Below, piece by piece: positions 13,704 through 26,754 of a stretch of 64,000 bases of DNA. This DNA comes from Botryllus schlosseri (Eukaryota), in contig CM119379.1 of NCBI GenBank assembly GCA_051294905.1, forward strand, positions 18,848,001-18,912,000, given 5' to 3'. The notes beneath the pieces were generated by a model that had not been told where the DNA came from, ran no database searches, and saw nothing but the letters and a program-made list of their open reading frames with translations. Both the position numbers and the translations under genes were made by a program. Position 1 is the stretch's first letter; each line of letters begins with the position of its first letter.

Positions 13704-14126
13704 CTATACAACCCTTAATTGTGATATGTGACAGCTATACTTACATGGCCTGCGTTGTCGTTGTTTGTGGTCAGTGGTGCCACTTCCAGTGTTTTTACAC
13801 CAGATATAGTGTATTTTGACTTGACCTAGTGTCCTAGTGCATTTTCTTTCGAAATTCGACAAATCCAGTGTTTTTTTACTGAAAAAATATCTGTAATCTA
13901 TTTTCATGTGCTTCGAATAATTTATACCGGTACTTGAAGAGATAGTAAATATTATCCGTCTAAACTTGCCCATTTAGCACAATAGCGACCAGTCCTACAT
14001 GTATTGAAGAATGTGGAATTGCAAGGGCTATCAGTGTGCTGTGCAAGAAAATGCTCTCTATACGCGCTGCTGTTACTCACATTTCGCGTCTCTTTATCAG
14101 GTACTTTACGTGCGTTCGTGCGTATT

Positions 14127-14128
<2 letters not shown>

Positions 14129-14163
<35 letters not shown>
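14129..14163. repeat. (TG)n microsatellite
   Basis: About 17 uninterrupted TG units followed by degenerate TG repeats. Confidence 0.95.
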
Positions 14164-14165
<2 letters not shown>

Positions 14166-16789
14166 ATGTGTATGTGCATGTGTGTGGGGTGGGCGTGCCT
14201 CACCAGCCATGAACCTCACCGCACGTCACTGGTCACAAGCCACACGTTACCTACTCGTTCGTTACTGCTTTTAGACCACACCAATCGCCAGATGCCTCAA
14301 GGTATTTTCTTACGCCCAACCGCACATGAGTGCTCAAAAACTACGGCGTGGTCACTAATATGTGCGGTCTCTTCATTTAGTAACGAGTCATTTTTTATTG
14401 TTATGTTGTTTTGTCTCCGATCTCAACTGTAATACTTCGAATTTGTGCTCGGTATTACCATCTAGCGGTTGTGTATAGTGGATTAGCACCGTGAGAGGTT
14501 AATTTCTCCTAAATACCGATGTAATGTGACAGCGTGCAACAGTTGTGGCGTGAGCTGGTAAATATATACACTCGAGTTACAAGTGGCGATGACACCAGAA
14601 AGGCAGGTGCTACTTCGAAACACATGTTGCCTGCGCCCTCTTTGACGGACAGCTGCAACCTACAAAAGGCCGTTGGTATTCGCTGATTGAAAGATGGTCA
14701 TTGGTGAACTGTTTTCATACCTGAAGAAATAATGTTTAAAGTCCGAGTACTGAGGATGACGAAATCTTGATTAAATTACTGCCTGATTAATTTCCATTTA
14801 GGAAAAGCAACAAGTCGTTTGTTTGAATTGCAGCACACACTGAGCCATTGTTTCTGTGACCTCTCTCATGGGCGGTGACATAGAGCGTAGTGTTGAAAAT
14901 TTCGTGACAGTGATATACGATCGCTGAAAGACGTTGTGTAGGAAGCACATTTCCGCAATTCGAAGTTAATCAATGAAATCGCCTTTCCTTTTGTTCCGAC
15001 TTCGATTGTTTGATGTCAGCCGAGTTTAAGATCAATACTTTTGATCGATACGGCATCGGAAGCATGGTGCAAAGACCGGGTGACTTGATTTTTGGTTTAA
15101 AGGGGAATTAATGCGCGCAATAAAACTAAATGTGTGTATAAAACGCGGGTCAATAGTTTAATCTCGTTCGTAATTGGAACATGATCGATGCCGTAAATGG
15201 AAAAGTAGAAGCGGCTAACGTTGAAATCATGGCGTCGTTGAGACTTTACTGTGATATTGCAATATACATGTAGCCCACCGCATAAATAGGATTGGCCGCG
15301 GTCTCACAGTGACGTCATAGATTCCGAAATAATATCAATACTTTAATCAATTTAATCAAACAGTGTGCGTAATTCTCAGTAGTGCAACGAACAGAAATTC
15401 GATGCTTTTCTCTAGCCATCACCATGTCCTATAGATATCTCCATCCATCACTTTCACGTTGGTCGATGGATGGCTGGATGCCTGTTGGCTTAGAATACAT
15501 GCAATCTACCCATCTAACATCTGTCCACCTCAAATATGCCCGAGACAAGCAATGTAGAAATGTTGCTTATTTGAATTCTCACAATTATTATTATCGCAAC
15601 AGAATAAACAGTTTTGCGGTATCTCTGAAGGCTTTAATAGGTCTCGGATTTTGAAATTCCGCTCACTTGTAACTGCTATTTACTCCATTATGCCATCTAG
15701 CGGTGGAAAGTTACCGGCAGGTTATATTGTTGGGAATGGGATCAATGCTTCAAGCTTGCATTTAGAAAAGAGTATGGTAATGCCTACTGTAAATATTATG
15801 ACATGGAGCACTGCAGATTTTACGAATAAGTCACTGGTGAAGGCAAGATCCGTGTGTTTTCGATATTGATCGGTCATCTGCACAACGCTGGCGTGCGGCG
15901 TCATGTAATTCCCCGGCGTGCATATTTAAACCCTGTCTCCGCGAATTTATTAACAGCTTGCCAGACATGTTTTAGTCACATCTGGTAAAACCCAATTTGT
16001 ACATTCTGTCGCGAACGCATGGTTGATCAATTAATATCGGCTTTTTCTTATCGGTCTTTAATGACCACCCATTTCTTAACGACGCTTTAAGATTTTCCCT
16101 CTTTTTTGCGCAATTTCGGTTTTCTTAATACTAAAGCATGCCACCGAAAAAAATTTGTCAATATTATGCATCGGGGATTTGGCTTGTGTAAGCGCGTGGG
16201 GATACGCTCATGCATTATTCAGCGTTTCTCTGAAAACATCGAAAACTTTCATTGAATTTGCTGTCCGCGAGACGTGGTCTAGATCTGCCACGCGGTGCGA
16301 ATGTGCGTCGGTGTATACTGTATATTCTTGCAATAAACACGGGCTAAAGTTACCTCGGTGTAAGCCGTCTGTAAGAAAAGTAATCAGATGCATCTGCATG
16401 AGCTGATCCCATACGCCTGCCGTTTATCACCTGTCAAAGCACTCGCAAACGGCTGGCGCGTTGAAAACCGGTTCGGATTTGCTCTGCTCTGCGTACATTA
16501 CCCGCATCTGTGTTTGCCGTATGCCGGGCGAACCCGGCTGCCGGACAGCGGCGGGTCGGCCGCAGTCTTCTAATTGATCTGTAAAATTAGCGAAGCAGAT
16601 GCCGAAGCCGCAACAGGTGAACAGAAACGCGTAGGCATATGGCTATTTAACGGAATATGGATCCCAACGCGAAATTACGCGGGCTGTTGAACTTGCGAAA
16701 GCCCACACAATCAATTCCGAACTTTGATGGCCCGCGAGAGCTTATGTCCACGTTACGCTGAATGTACGCACATGTAGCCAAAGTCGCTA

Positions 16790-17313
16790 CTCATGTAGAA
16801 GTAGCGACCCAAATTGCTACTTTATTACAAGTATAAGTGACTATTAACAAGACATTTCACTACTACCTAAAGTGGAAGTAGATAATGAAAGTTGTGAAAA
16901 GTACTCAAGTATGTAGTTTCAAAAAGTAGATCTGATGGAGCGATCGCACACTGTTAGCAGTTATGTGAGGCGGCTACCTTCGAGATCGCGACTAATGCGA
17001 AATGCCTATTGACATTATACAAATAGGTGCAATCATCATATATATCTATATATAGTTACGTTACAGGGTTCGCGCGGTTTCACTCATATATTTCACTTCA
17101 ATTTCACTCATAAAAGCGAAGCAGACTAGTACCGCTAGTACCGAAATTACTTTTTACTTTTCGAAATCCAGGGTTTAAAAAGTTAATGGACTTGTCTAAA
17201 AAACGAAGAGGGATAAATTAAAATCATAACCAATCGCATATGAAGTTTAAATAGGAAAAACGTGTACTTGAGTACACGGGAAAATGTCAGTACTTTTTTA
17301 CTGACCACCTCTA
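16790..17313. repeat. Degenerate AAGTA/TACTT-rich MITE remnant
   Basis: AAGTA-rich left part and TACTT-rich right part ending ...GACCACCTCTA. Similar fragment at about 17860-18050. No clear TSD. Confidence 0.4.
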
Positions 17314-19732
17314 AGTTTACGGCGTTTTCCTCGCAACAAATCAACGACACGGGTATTTTTATCGCTTAATTCAGCACCGTTTGCATCCATAAGTGCTACA
17401 AAACAACGCACAGGTGCGTATCAGCGCCTTATTGACGGCGGCGGCTGTGCTGACACCGCGTAACGACCGCCTGCGAAATGGAGATTGCTACTTTTAACTG
17501 CGTAATAAGTAAGAAATATTCGATAATGGCGATGAAGGGTCGATTGCGCTTAGCGTGGCGAGGATTTGCGGTCAGCCGAAATTGCTGCATAATGGCCTGG
17601 CGTGGAAGGCCGCAATTGTCAATATGTTTAAGCGTTCCGTATCGCCGTGATCACATTATAAAGAGATCGTGATAGACACTGATTTTCGTAGGTATAGACA
17701 ATTCGGCGGTGTGCCTGCGTTTAGCAAAAACTCTATTTGTGGTTGTGTGTGCGACATACATGGTTATTTTCGCACAAAAGAATGTGTGAAGTAGTTTGCG
17801 TATTTGGTAAAGAAATGTGAATGTCCCGAGAGCAGGGGTTGTCGAATTAGTCATCTCTGGTTCTTAAGTCACCAAGTCGAAGTCAAGATTTCTAAGTAAG
17901 TAAAAAAGTGAGTATTCAAGGCCTATTTTTTCCTACAAACTGAAAACTAGAAGTGGGAGTAGTCCAAAATCATAACCACTTGCAGTACACAAGCACTGCA
18001 ATTAGACAAAGATACTGGATTAATTCGCAAGAGTAGAAGTACATCGTTCGTTACAGACAACCTCCGCTCGCCGGATCAATACACGAAAAATAAATAGCAG
18101 AAAACTACTTCACCTCAATTTTTGCATGAATATTCCGGTAAACGTTTGCTTTCCTACTAGTGAAATACATGGGTGTTTTCTTGATCTAGTTTAAGTTCCA
18201 TGCACGCCATCAGGACAATCGTGATTTCGACATCACAATAAGACCGCGGCGTCAATGTCACTGAGGGGAATTATTGCCGCTGTTTCACTTTTCGTCGTTA
18301 TAGCTAAGGGCCGTATACGCTTGGACGTGCATTACTACACTGCAAGCCTTATGCATACGAAGTATACACGAAGAATTATGATTATCGACTAGCAACAGGA
18401 CTGCGTTTGGTAGATCATCCTCATCTACCTTTACATCATTATTAACGGTGTATTGTATTTTACACATTGATTTTGGGTTCATTTCCTTGGGGTCGTTCTT
18501 AGTGCCGGATTAAAACACACGGGAACCAATCTTGTGCCTTATATCATGTCAGTGGCATGACATGCAAAATCGCATTTACTTCCATCATCATCGATTTCGC
18601 CGTGTTTAACCCAGAGAATATTGCTGTAAGCATAAGCGGGGCTGTAGCCTACACTGTAAACTGTACAGTGTACTGTACATGTACAAGTACATGTCTACAT
18701 ACAGTGATGCATGGTTGACAAGAATTTGAGTATGGCGTAGCCTACATACCACAAATTGTGGGGATAACAATGCAATGACCCACGTTTTGTGGCGATAATT
18801 TCGCCTCGCCACTAGCATCAATCAACAACATTTTTTTCTGCCATAAATAACAACGCAACAGAAATATCTACACCTGGCTTTGATCAATGGAATATTCATA
18901 TTAAGTACATTGATATACGTGGACGTCGTACAGTACATGTAACACATTCCACGGCGGCAATGTCAGACAGAGTCCGCATTGCGGCAAGACCCGTGATCCA
19001 GTCTGGCTATCACATCAGGAATAGATGTTAGTGCGAATTTTATGGTTGAATGATATGATATGTTCCTGAACCTTGAAAACGCAGAGTGCGCCGTAAAAGG
19101 TTAGCCTAATCATCGATCGGTGATTTCGGAAGCAGGCCAAATACCGGACGCGAATCTGGCTGAAGGAAACATGTCAGACAAGTGATTTCGACGTTGTGTA
19201 GGGTTCGATTCTCCGGCGATTGGAATCACTTGAAGTCCAGGTGCGGGAATGTGCGGTTACACGCGTTGCGACTGTATTTAAAGAGTAAATTATCCCTATT
19301 CGCGCCCTACACTGACGAGAATGCGTGCAGAAGTATGTCCGCACAACGATGCCAAGTGCCTTCAAACTGTAACTCTGAATGTGACTTTATGACCCCTCAC
19401 AGCATGAAAAGGTGTAGCAAGTTCCAGTTGACATTACGTAGGAAATACATTTCGATAAAGAAAACAGGGCGCATTGCAGATCTGTTAGTGTCCTACTGAG
19501 TCACCAAAGTCTGATTTGACACAACATTTTGATTGTCTCAACATTCCAGAAGAATCACAGGAGATGCAGTAGATTTTACCTTTCACAACGTTGCAGTAAA
19601 TCGCGTTTACAAACTTGATACGAATCGATGACAAATGCTTGCCCGTAATCATTTGGTGAGTGACGATTTATGTGGTCTTTACCGACAACAGCGACGGAAC
19701 TCGAGCAATTCGAAACTCTATTGTTTCGTCAT

Positions 19733-19765
19733 AGACACAGGTGTCTCCCGGCGCCAGGTCGTCTG
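19733..19765 (+). promoter_or_regulatory. Composite E-box + BMP-responsive element, module 1
   Basis: AGACA-CAGGTG(19738-19743)-N6-GGCGCC(19750)-AGGTC-GTCTG. Confidence 0.7.
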
Positions 19766-20304
19766 CTAACTTTCGTTCGGTAAACTCACCGGTAGTTTGT
19801 TTTTCTTTTCATTTCGTTGGCTCCCATCACAACCGAATACCGCCGAACACTGAAATTGCCAATAAGCGATATACCGCAAACTGTGAGCGTTAATTTGACG
19901 TAGCAACGACCGAGTGGAAAATTTTAGCTTCCACTACACGCAAGGCAAGGTTCTGCGAAGCAAAGTCCGGATTACAACGGTGTAATGCGGGCGGATATAG
20001 TCCTATTGTTTCAATAAGGAGTACAAACACAGAGAGCAAGTATTTGTTTCCGGACGCCGCGCGCAGGTGTCGCAATTCACAGCGTAGAATTTACACAGGG
20101 CGCCGCTACTTTTGATTACGACAGGCCAATCCCATGTTGCGTCCTGAAGTTCAGTCAGGTAAGCGACTTTCTTTGACGCAATCAATGACGGCTGGGTCAC
20201 TCTGATACCGTTCTCTTGCTACGATTGAATCCAAATGCTTAATTCTACAATGTACCGTACATGGCCTTGACCGTTGACCAATGAGTCAATGACCGTGGAA
20301 AAAA

Positions 20305-20735
20305 ATGACAATTGGCTGTTGTTGTTTGTGGCATTCATGTTTTTTTTTTCGGCAACAATGGTCATTTACACCAGACCGATATTCTCTTCCATCATTCCGT
20401 ATCTGTTTGTTTGTGTGTGATATTCATGGTCTTTGTCGACTACTGCGGTCATGGTCATTTATACCAGGCCAATCTTCGTCATTTTTTATCCCGTATCTAC
20501 CGAGTTGTAGCACGGACCACTTCTAGGCTTTTATAAGACACCGCTTACACACGGATGAGATAGCGAAGAGGAGCCTAGTTAAACCTCCAACACTTTGGCA
20601 GGAGTTCTGGAGTCGGACTCGAATCCGCAACCCATTAGTGTTGCAGCTGTGGATAATTATACCACTTCACTATCTCGTCAATGCATTCCGTATCTGCCGA
20701 CTTGGTAGCACGGCCCATTTCTAGGCTTTTTTACG
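20305..20735 (-). mobile_element. tRNA-derived SINE family A: full copy with duplicated 3' tail plus an adjacent partial copy
   Basis: On the minus strand: A-box-like TAGTGAAGTGG, B-box-like GATTCGAGTCC, and the same body and (CAAA)/(AAC) tail as 33362-33620 and 41313-41592. Confidence 0.8.
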
Positions 20736-21426
20736 ACACTGGCCCACTGCCCACTCACATTTCCAACAACCCAGGTGGATTTTGACGTGTAGGTTGTTGT
20801 TGATGGCGTACCACCATACGTTGTGTCGTCGTTTCAATTTTAAAATTGATTTACATTTTCATCGGCTCCGGTCACCCTTGCGTGTCAAAGAGAATTCTTG
20901 GCGTTCACCAGATCGTGTTTTCTTAACAATTTCCATGCAGCCTTGACGCATAAGCGCACACACCAATTACGATAATGGCGAAAGTGGTTTTGTTTGGAGG
21001 AACATCGGCCGCGCGATACCAGTAAACAGTTTATGTCACGATAAACCTATAAATATATATCTCCGAAATTATTCGCGTAAAATCTGTTTTCGCGTGTTTA
21101 CACCCGACCCCGGGCGAACGGTGCTAAACGTAAACACGCGTCGACTTCTTACGAATCGCGCGATTAGCTCTACTAAATGATGGGATATTTATAATGTCTA
21201 ATTGGACCGCACTTTGTTACGGGAATACCGTAACCTTTCCCAATCGCCGTCGGCACCACGACATCGTTGAGCCTGCGAAAAGAAACGGCCGCTATCTCAG
21301 CCCGAATCAGACGCGCGTTTTCATTCCGTCGCCGCGTCACCTGTACTCACACTTCAGCCGGGCAAATTGATAAGGCTGATTGTTTATGCGAGCCTCATCT
21401 CAAACGGTCGTACATGCGATCGCATG

Positions 21427-21457
21427 AGACACAGGTGTCTCGGCGCCAGCCAGTCTG
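21427..21457 (+). promoter_or_regulatory. Composite E-box + BMP-responsive element, module 2
   Basis: AGACA-CAGGTG(21432-21437)-N4-GGCGCC(21442)-AGCCA-GTCTG. Confidence 0.7.
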
Positions 21458-22915
21458 ACCGAAAGACGCTCTCGCCTACATTATCCGCGCCTCTAACTTT
21501 CGCTCGATCAGGTGTAGCACGATTCGCAACACAAAGAAACAAAACCTCGAGAACGCGCCAGCAACAGGTGAGATGTTTATAAGTAAACCGACCTGGCGTC
21601 GCCAAGGTACTTAACACGTGTTTAACGCCTTATATACAAGTCACAATTCATTGATGTGATTTTCGGATCTCCGAGAGATAAACCGGTACAATCGTAGGAA
21701 TGTGGATTAAGCGTATGACGGAATTTCGTTATCAAACTAATTCCACGGGAGTAAGTCGGAGATTTCGACCGCATCACTGGCAATAAAGCCACGCAAACTC
21801 TTTTGGACATACACCCAAAAGAATAATACATTAATGAGGCGGATTCTCAGATTGTATTAATGCGGTATCGCTATCTTTGTATGCTCTATTTGTTGGCACG
21901 TGTGGGCCAGGTGTCCTGGCGTGTACTAATTTACAACTTCGCACAAATGACAGTGGTTGCGGATGGCTCGCTAATTTACGTCGTGCCTAAGCCGCAGACG
22001 TTGAGAAAAGTAGCACCTTTTTAAAAGATTTGGGGTGTCTATGTGTGGAAGTAATCTGGTTCATTTCAATATTTTTCGGTGGAGGATTTTTTTATGCATA
22101 AAGTAGAGAATTATGCGGCATTACAGTTGATAACATGCCCGGCAAACAATTTTGTCAAATTATGACAGCTATAATTTGCACCGAAATTATATCTCGATAC
22201 ATTGGCTACGTTACAATACGAGCCATGTTCTGGTAGCATGGCATTGGCTACAAAAGATTCATTTTTTGATAAAAATCATTTCATCATACAAAATAAAAGC
22301 TGGCAATTTTGTGTGACATTTACAGGTACAATCAAGACTGATTCGGTAGTATTTCAGCTGAGCGCCTGTTTGGTTATGGAGCTATAGCGAAAAATACAGC
22401 CAGGTTCACTTTGCCACTAGCGCTTGTTTAAAATTTATCATTTAGTTATCTCGAAGATAGTAACATAATTGCCCCTGCGGTTGTAGGCTAATAGGGGCGT
22501 GTTGCGTAGCGACGGAAATGCGATTTACCGAATTCTGCAGAGTCGATAAGATCGTGGCGGGTTTTAAACCTCAACTTTTTAATCATATTACAAGTTCCCA
22601 AATCTGCTCGTGTGCCCACGTTACCGAATTGGAGTCATGCGGATCTTTATAATATCGCGATTTAGCCTTTCCTGGTTGTATTATGAGCGACTGTCTGTTA
22701 TCGAGCGGTATTTACATGATCCTAGTCACCGCCTCGAAACGGCGAACTTGAAAGACGAAATGCGCCTTGACGGTTATTTGTTCACAAAAAAGAACCGCAA
22801 TAAAGTTACGCGGGGTGCAACGGCCCGTGAGATTCCAAGGCGTAATCTGTTTCATACCACCAGCTCTCGACAACGGCACGAACAAAGAAGATGCGCGAAG
22901 GGCCTGACTCGCGTG

Positions 22916-22941
22916 CAGGTGTCGAGGCGCCGCGGCGTCTG
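22916..22941 (+). promoter_or_regulatory. Composite E-box + BMP-responsive element, module 3
   Basis: CAGGTG-N4-GGCGCC(22926)-GCGGC-GTCTG. Confidence 0.7.
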
Positions 22942-23343
22942 CCGGCAAAATACACGGTTTCAATCCTGGCCAGTCGCGATAACTTTGAAGGCGCGATAAC
23001 TAAATCCGCGCATTCCATCGCACGGCGCCAGGAAACTCGAAACAAACAACGCACATTGTTCAAAACAATAATCGCCGCAAATCATAGCCGTCTTCATGTG
23101 ACTTTCTCAATCGTCCGACTTCTATTATCCCCCGACCGGCCTTTTGATGCCTGGATCCGTGTTGGCCTGCATCGACAGAATTACCCTAAGTGAATTACGT
23201 AATCGGATACGCTACGGCATTGAAATATTCAACCCCAAAACACATCCATATTTTACACAAAGGAACGCCGACTTTATGTGTGCGGTGTGAATTCGATTAT
23301 TCTGTTACGGTGTCCAATCAATTTGCCTTTGTCAAAGTATCTG

Positions 23344-23370
23344 CAGCTGGGTGCTGGCGACGTTGTGTCT
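23344..23370 (+). promoter_or_regulatory. Composite E-box + BMP-responsive element, module 4 (promoter-proximal)
   Basis: CAGCTG-N6-GGCGAC(23356)-GTTGT-GTCT, about 250 bp upstream of the Id-B ATG. Confidence 0.65.
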
Positions 23371-23525
23371 CTGGGAAGATTTGTTGGTGAATGGAAGTTT
23401 CGCCCGGCATCTCCCAAACAAGAAACGGCTAAGCCGAGTATCATAATGAAGAGACCGAGGGAGGTCTTCTCAAAACGAGAGAAACCAGGGGCGAACTCGT
23501 CTCTCATCAAACAAGACAGAATTTC

Positions 23526-23534
23526 TATATAAAA
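23526..23534 (+). promoter_or_regulatory. TATA box of Id-B
   Basis: TATATAAAA about 90 nt upstream of the ATG at 23623. Confidence 0.65.
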
Positions 23535-23622
23535 CCAAGGCGCGACTGCCCACGGGTCATAGTAAGTCGCAGTACCTGAAGTGTCGATATCTTTAAGCTG
23601 CACGTTTGGATTACACGGAAAC

Positions 23623-23940
23623 ATGGGCAAAGCAATCTCGCCAAGACCCATCTCTACAACCACTTGCAGTGAGTGTCTCACCAAGCTGTCACCTAGCTCG
23701 ATCAAAATCAGCAGGCAGGAAGGATTCGAAATTGGTGACTTGCTTCACAAATTGAAATCCGTGGTGCCGGCTGTATCTACGAAATCAACTGAGGAGTTGT
23801 CGTCTTTGGAGATAATGCAACACGCGATCGATTACATATACGACCTGCGTTCGACGTTGATAGAAGCGGAACAGGAAAGTTTCAGCGCTGCAAGCAATAC
23901 GGTTGCGACAGAGCATGTGACTGTCGCCAGTGTATGTTAG
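23623..23940 (+). CDS. Id: Id/emc HLH inhibitor of DNA binding (Id-B), 105 aa if unspliced
   Basis: N-terminus MGKAISPR...LSPSSIKISR resembles vertebrate ID2/ID3 (MKAxSPVR...LSxxSLxIxR). HLH LLHKLKSVVP...SSLEIMQHAIDYIYDL; no basic region. First ATG is 23623 (the ORF track starts at an upstream GTG). Confidence 0.93.
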   Translation: MGKAISPRPISTTTCSECLTKLSPSSIKISRQEGFEIGDLLHKLKSVVPAVSTKSTEELSSLEIMQHAIDYIYDLRSTLIEAEQESFSAASNTVATEHVTVASVC

Positions 23941-24344
23941 GCAGTCCGTTATGGAAAGGAAAACTGCCAGCAGCGGCCTGGTTATTTTCAAGGTGTGTTT
24001 AACTCCATTAAGTGTTACATAAGCGTGATAGTAATGTTACTTTTTACTTAGGTTACTCACACATATATCTAACACTGTTGCGATAACAGCTTAAATTTTG
24101 CTTCAGACTCGAGCCCGTAACGACCGACGCTAGGAAATGTGAACGCGGACCAAGTCGACCCGAATGCCCGGCGAAAAAGGACACCGGTCTTTATCTGATA
24201 TAAGGTTCGTAATATTTTCTGTACGCATCGTATCCACATTTTTTTTAACAAGTGTATGTATGCTGTGAACCTTCACGTGTATGGCACATTGTCACTGCTC
24301 TATTCGTATGTAGATGAAAAACTTATGCCTGTTTTATTTTACAG

Positions 24345-24494
24345 AATTTCAAAACTGCCGGTACCCTGAAGACTGAAAATAGCGTTCGCGTACATCATCA
24401 CCCTCAACGTCATGGGGAGATACGCTATCTGTTCTCATACCTTTCACGATTACACTTCGACCTATGTTTTTCGTGTTGTGAAATGTTGCTTTAA
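24345..24494 (+). CDS. Id: Candidate second exon of Id-B (alternative C-terminus NFKTAG...CEMLL*), or a 3'UTR exon
   Basis: Phase-0 donor AGT|GTATGT at 23932 and a strong acceptor TTTTATTTTACAG ending at 24344. Reading frame is open for 49 codons. Confidence 0.35.
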   Translation, partial: NFKTAGTLKTENSVRVHHHPQRHGEIRYLFSYLSRLHFDLCFSCCEMLL

Positions 24495-24929
24495 ATAAGA
24501 ATACTCTGAAATGTTACGTTGCATACTCAATGGGAGTGTTGTTTGGTTAGGGCTTCTGTAATGTCAGCGATTGTGGGAGTTCGTGATAATTTATGACAGG
24601 GGCACTGTCGGTTAATGTGGCGCAACACCGTTAGACGTAAATAACAGCCGCGTTGTAACGAGCTATACATGTGTACAGCTGTTTGCCATTGTCAGATGTT
24701 TTACGTGATTGTCGCAGCTGCGAAATTCGCCCACTTCAGCCTCGCTCCCGCGCGGCGTTAACTGTGTTTACCGCTTTTCGCGTTAGACGAATGCTCAATT
24801 GCTCAAACACTGGCGAAACGCGTTGCAACAAGTTCTAGCCTGGTTATGACGTGGACCACCTTTCACCGCGTGAATTTACAGTCGTATGCAGGTTTAACCG
24901 CACAGTATGCAAACTCGGCGTTGTTGGCC

Positions 24930-24956
24930 CAGGTGCGATTAGGCGCCAGACAGTCC
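24930..24956 (+). promoter_or_regulatory. Composite E-box + near-consensus BRE, module 5
   Basis: CAGGTG-N6-GGCGCC(24942)-AGACA-GTCC. One mismatch to GTCT; the spacer itself contains AGAC. Confidence 0.5.
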
Positions 24957-25228
24957 GCACCCTGAGGTCACAGGATTTGCCCGACATGCGTGCTTTATAA
25001 ATTGAGAGCTACGCTACTTCACACACGCAACGGTGTTAGACACTGGTACATTTCCGCATTGGATGCAGGACGCGTAAATATGTGGATTTTGACGCATCGC
25101 TTATGAGAGCTATCTGTAATCGACGTGCTGCTGTATTTGCACATATACAATTGTACAAATGTACATGCTTTTATTCGATATCTCCTGAGCTAAGCTGGAC
25201 ACAAGTACAGCTAAGAAAAGATGTGACG

Positions 25229-25262
25229 CAGGTGCGTTGGCGGCCTTGGCGCCAGATAGTCT
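25229..25262 (+). promoter_or_regulatory. Composite E-box + BMP-responsive element, module 6
   Basis: CAGGTG-N4-GGCGGC-CTT-GGCGCC(25248)-AGATA-GTCT. Confidence 0.65.
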
Positions 25263-26754
25263 CATAAGTTCGCATAGTTACAGCAGAAATCGACGTCTTA
25301 CGCGAAATGATTTCATTGCGGCTTGGTGAAAACTTCAAAATCCTATTTGATAAATTCCAATATTCGGTGACGGTTTTCGTATCCTATAAACATCCATGGG
25401 ATTATCCGATTATCTGCTTAGCCTGTTCACATAAGAAAGAATCATTTGAACTGACAAATGGTCACTGGTCAGTGGTCAGTTGTGCTTTCCAATCCCATGC
25501 CACTCTTGAGCCACTATCTGGGTTATGTCCGGAATACTTCGGTGAGGAAGTTGACCGTGATGGTAAATTCAAGATTATAAACTCTTTTGCTGCCAATCGC
25601 GTTGGATGCTCATAACAGCCCATATATGACATCCTGTATCCATCCCTGGCCCATTATACACAAGGTTGGGCCATATCACCATATGTATGGCTCAGTCGTG
25701 ATTCCCAAATTATGTGACTTCATAATATTTTGCTAGCACATACGTATGCCGACATAGCGCTGGTTGTGGTAATATTTCTTGCTTAACCCGAGGGTTTGGG
25801 TCCAAGTACAGCGCACCGGAACTATGGGTGGGTGGGTGATTAGATCAGGGGTTATCTCACAAGCGGTTGAAAGTGCTAGGAGAAAATCCTATTTTTCACG
25901 TCACAGAATTCTGAAGCTTGACCCCCCGCCTGACGAGTAGAAAAAGTTTGGATTACAGAATTATTTGAACAAAATCTAACTATACCCGTCCCTTTCAGAC
26001 GTACAACAATTGAGATCGACATTGAAATTTCGTAATTATATTCATGATATGGTCTCCTTCGTCATGATATTCCAGAACAAAACTCGCAAAGTGCGTTGCA
26101 AAGTACGGGCCGACTGTCCGTGAAGATTTGATTACAAAATTCCTTACGGGAAAGCGTAATCGATTCGCACAAGCCTTAGCTGTAGGCGACGTTCCAGTCT
26201 TCACTCTTTAGGAAATACAGGCGCATCTCATATGACATAAAGTAGGGGTCTAATGGATCATCCGATACTAAAATCGACTAAAATGACAGTGAATTAATCC
26301 TGAAATAATAATTCCTAATCGCTCACGTCGGTTTTGATCACACTACTTATACTCAGAACGCAAATAATAAAAAAGTGTACGTTACGACAATTACATTCGC
26401 TTATGCCCCTCCGAACAGCTGTGTCATATAAATCATGTTCAAAGCCACGGCCCTATTCATTAGCAGATATCAACACGGATAAAATGCGTAATCATAATAT
26501 CCTGTTGTGTGAAAAGGTGTACGAACATTGAATAATGAACATAGAAAGGAAACGCAAAATGTGGGTGCTTTTAGATTACTGTCGGGCGGTCCTGATTTGC
26601 GTTAGTTTCGTAAACATGCCGATAATACACTCTTGAGCAAACAATTCATCGAATTGTAAAGGGTTACCAAAAAGAGCAAGACACCGACAATGGTTCACGG
26701 CGTGGAAGTTCGCTAAGACTAATAAGAAAACTAAACTTTTCGGTAGAGCGTCAG

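Larger units (their letters stand above)
12430..14231. mobile_element. Non-autonomous hAT element containing a nested MITE and a (GT)n tract
   Basis: TIR CAGTGACGTGCGGT / ACCGCACGTCACTG. Perfect TSD GTCACAAG at 12422-12429 and 14232-14239. Internal GAGGCA..TGCCTCACCTG repeats. Confidence 0.9.

Noticed and set aside
14004-14432. 142-aa and 87-aa Cys/Val-rich ORFs
   Set aside because: Artefacts of the (TG)n microsatellite inside a transposon.
23274-23705. 143-aa minus-strand ORF
   Set aside because: Antisense shadow of the GC-rich Id-B promoter and CDS; no recognisable domain.
26185-26200. Additional BRE candidates: GGCGAC-N6-GTCT here, GGCGCC-N5-AGAC at 43172, and CAGAC-N5-GACGTG-N4-GTCTG at 47821
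   Set aside because: Wrong spacing, wrong orientation or a mismatch; not counted among the exact elements.
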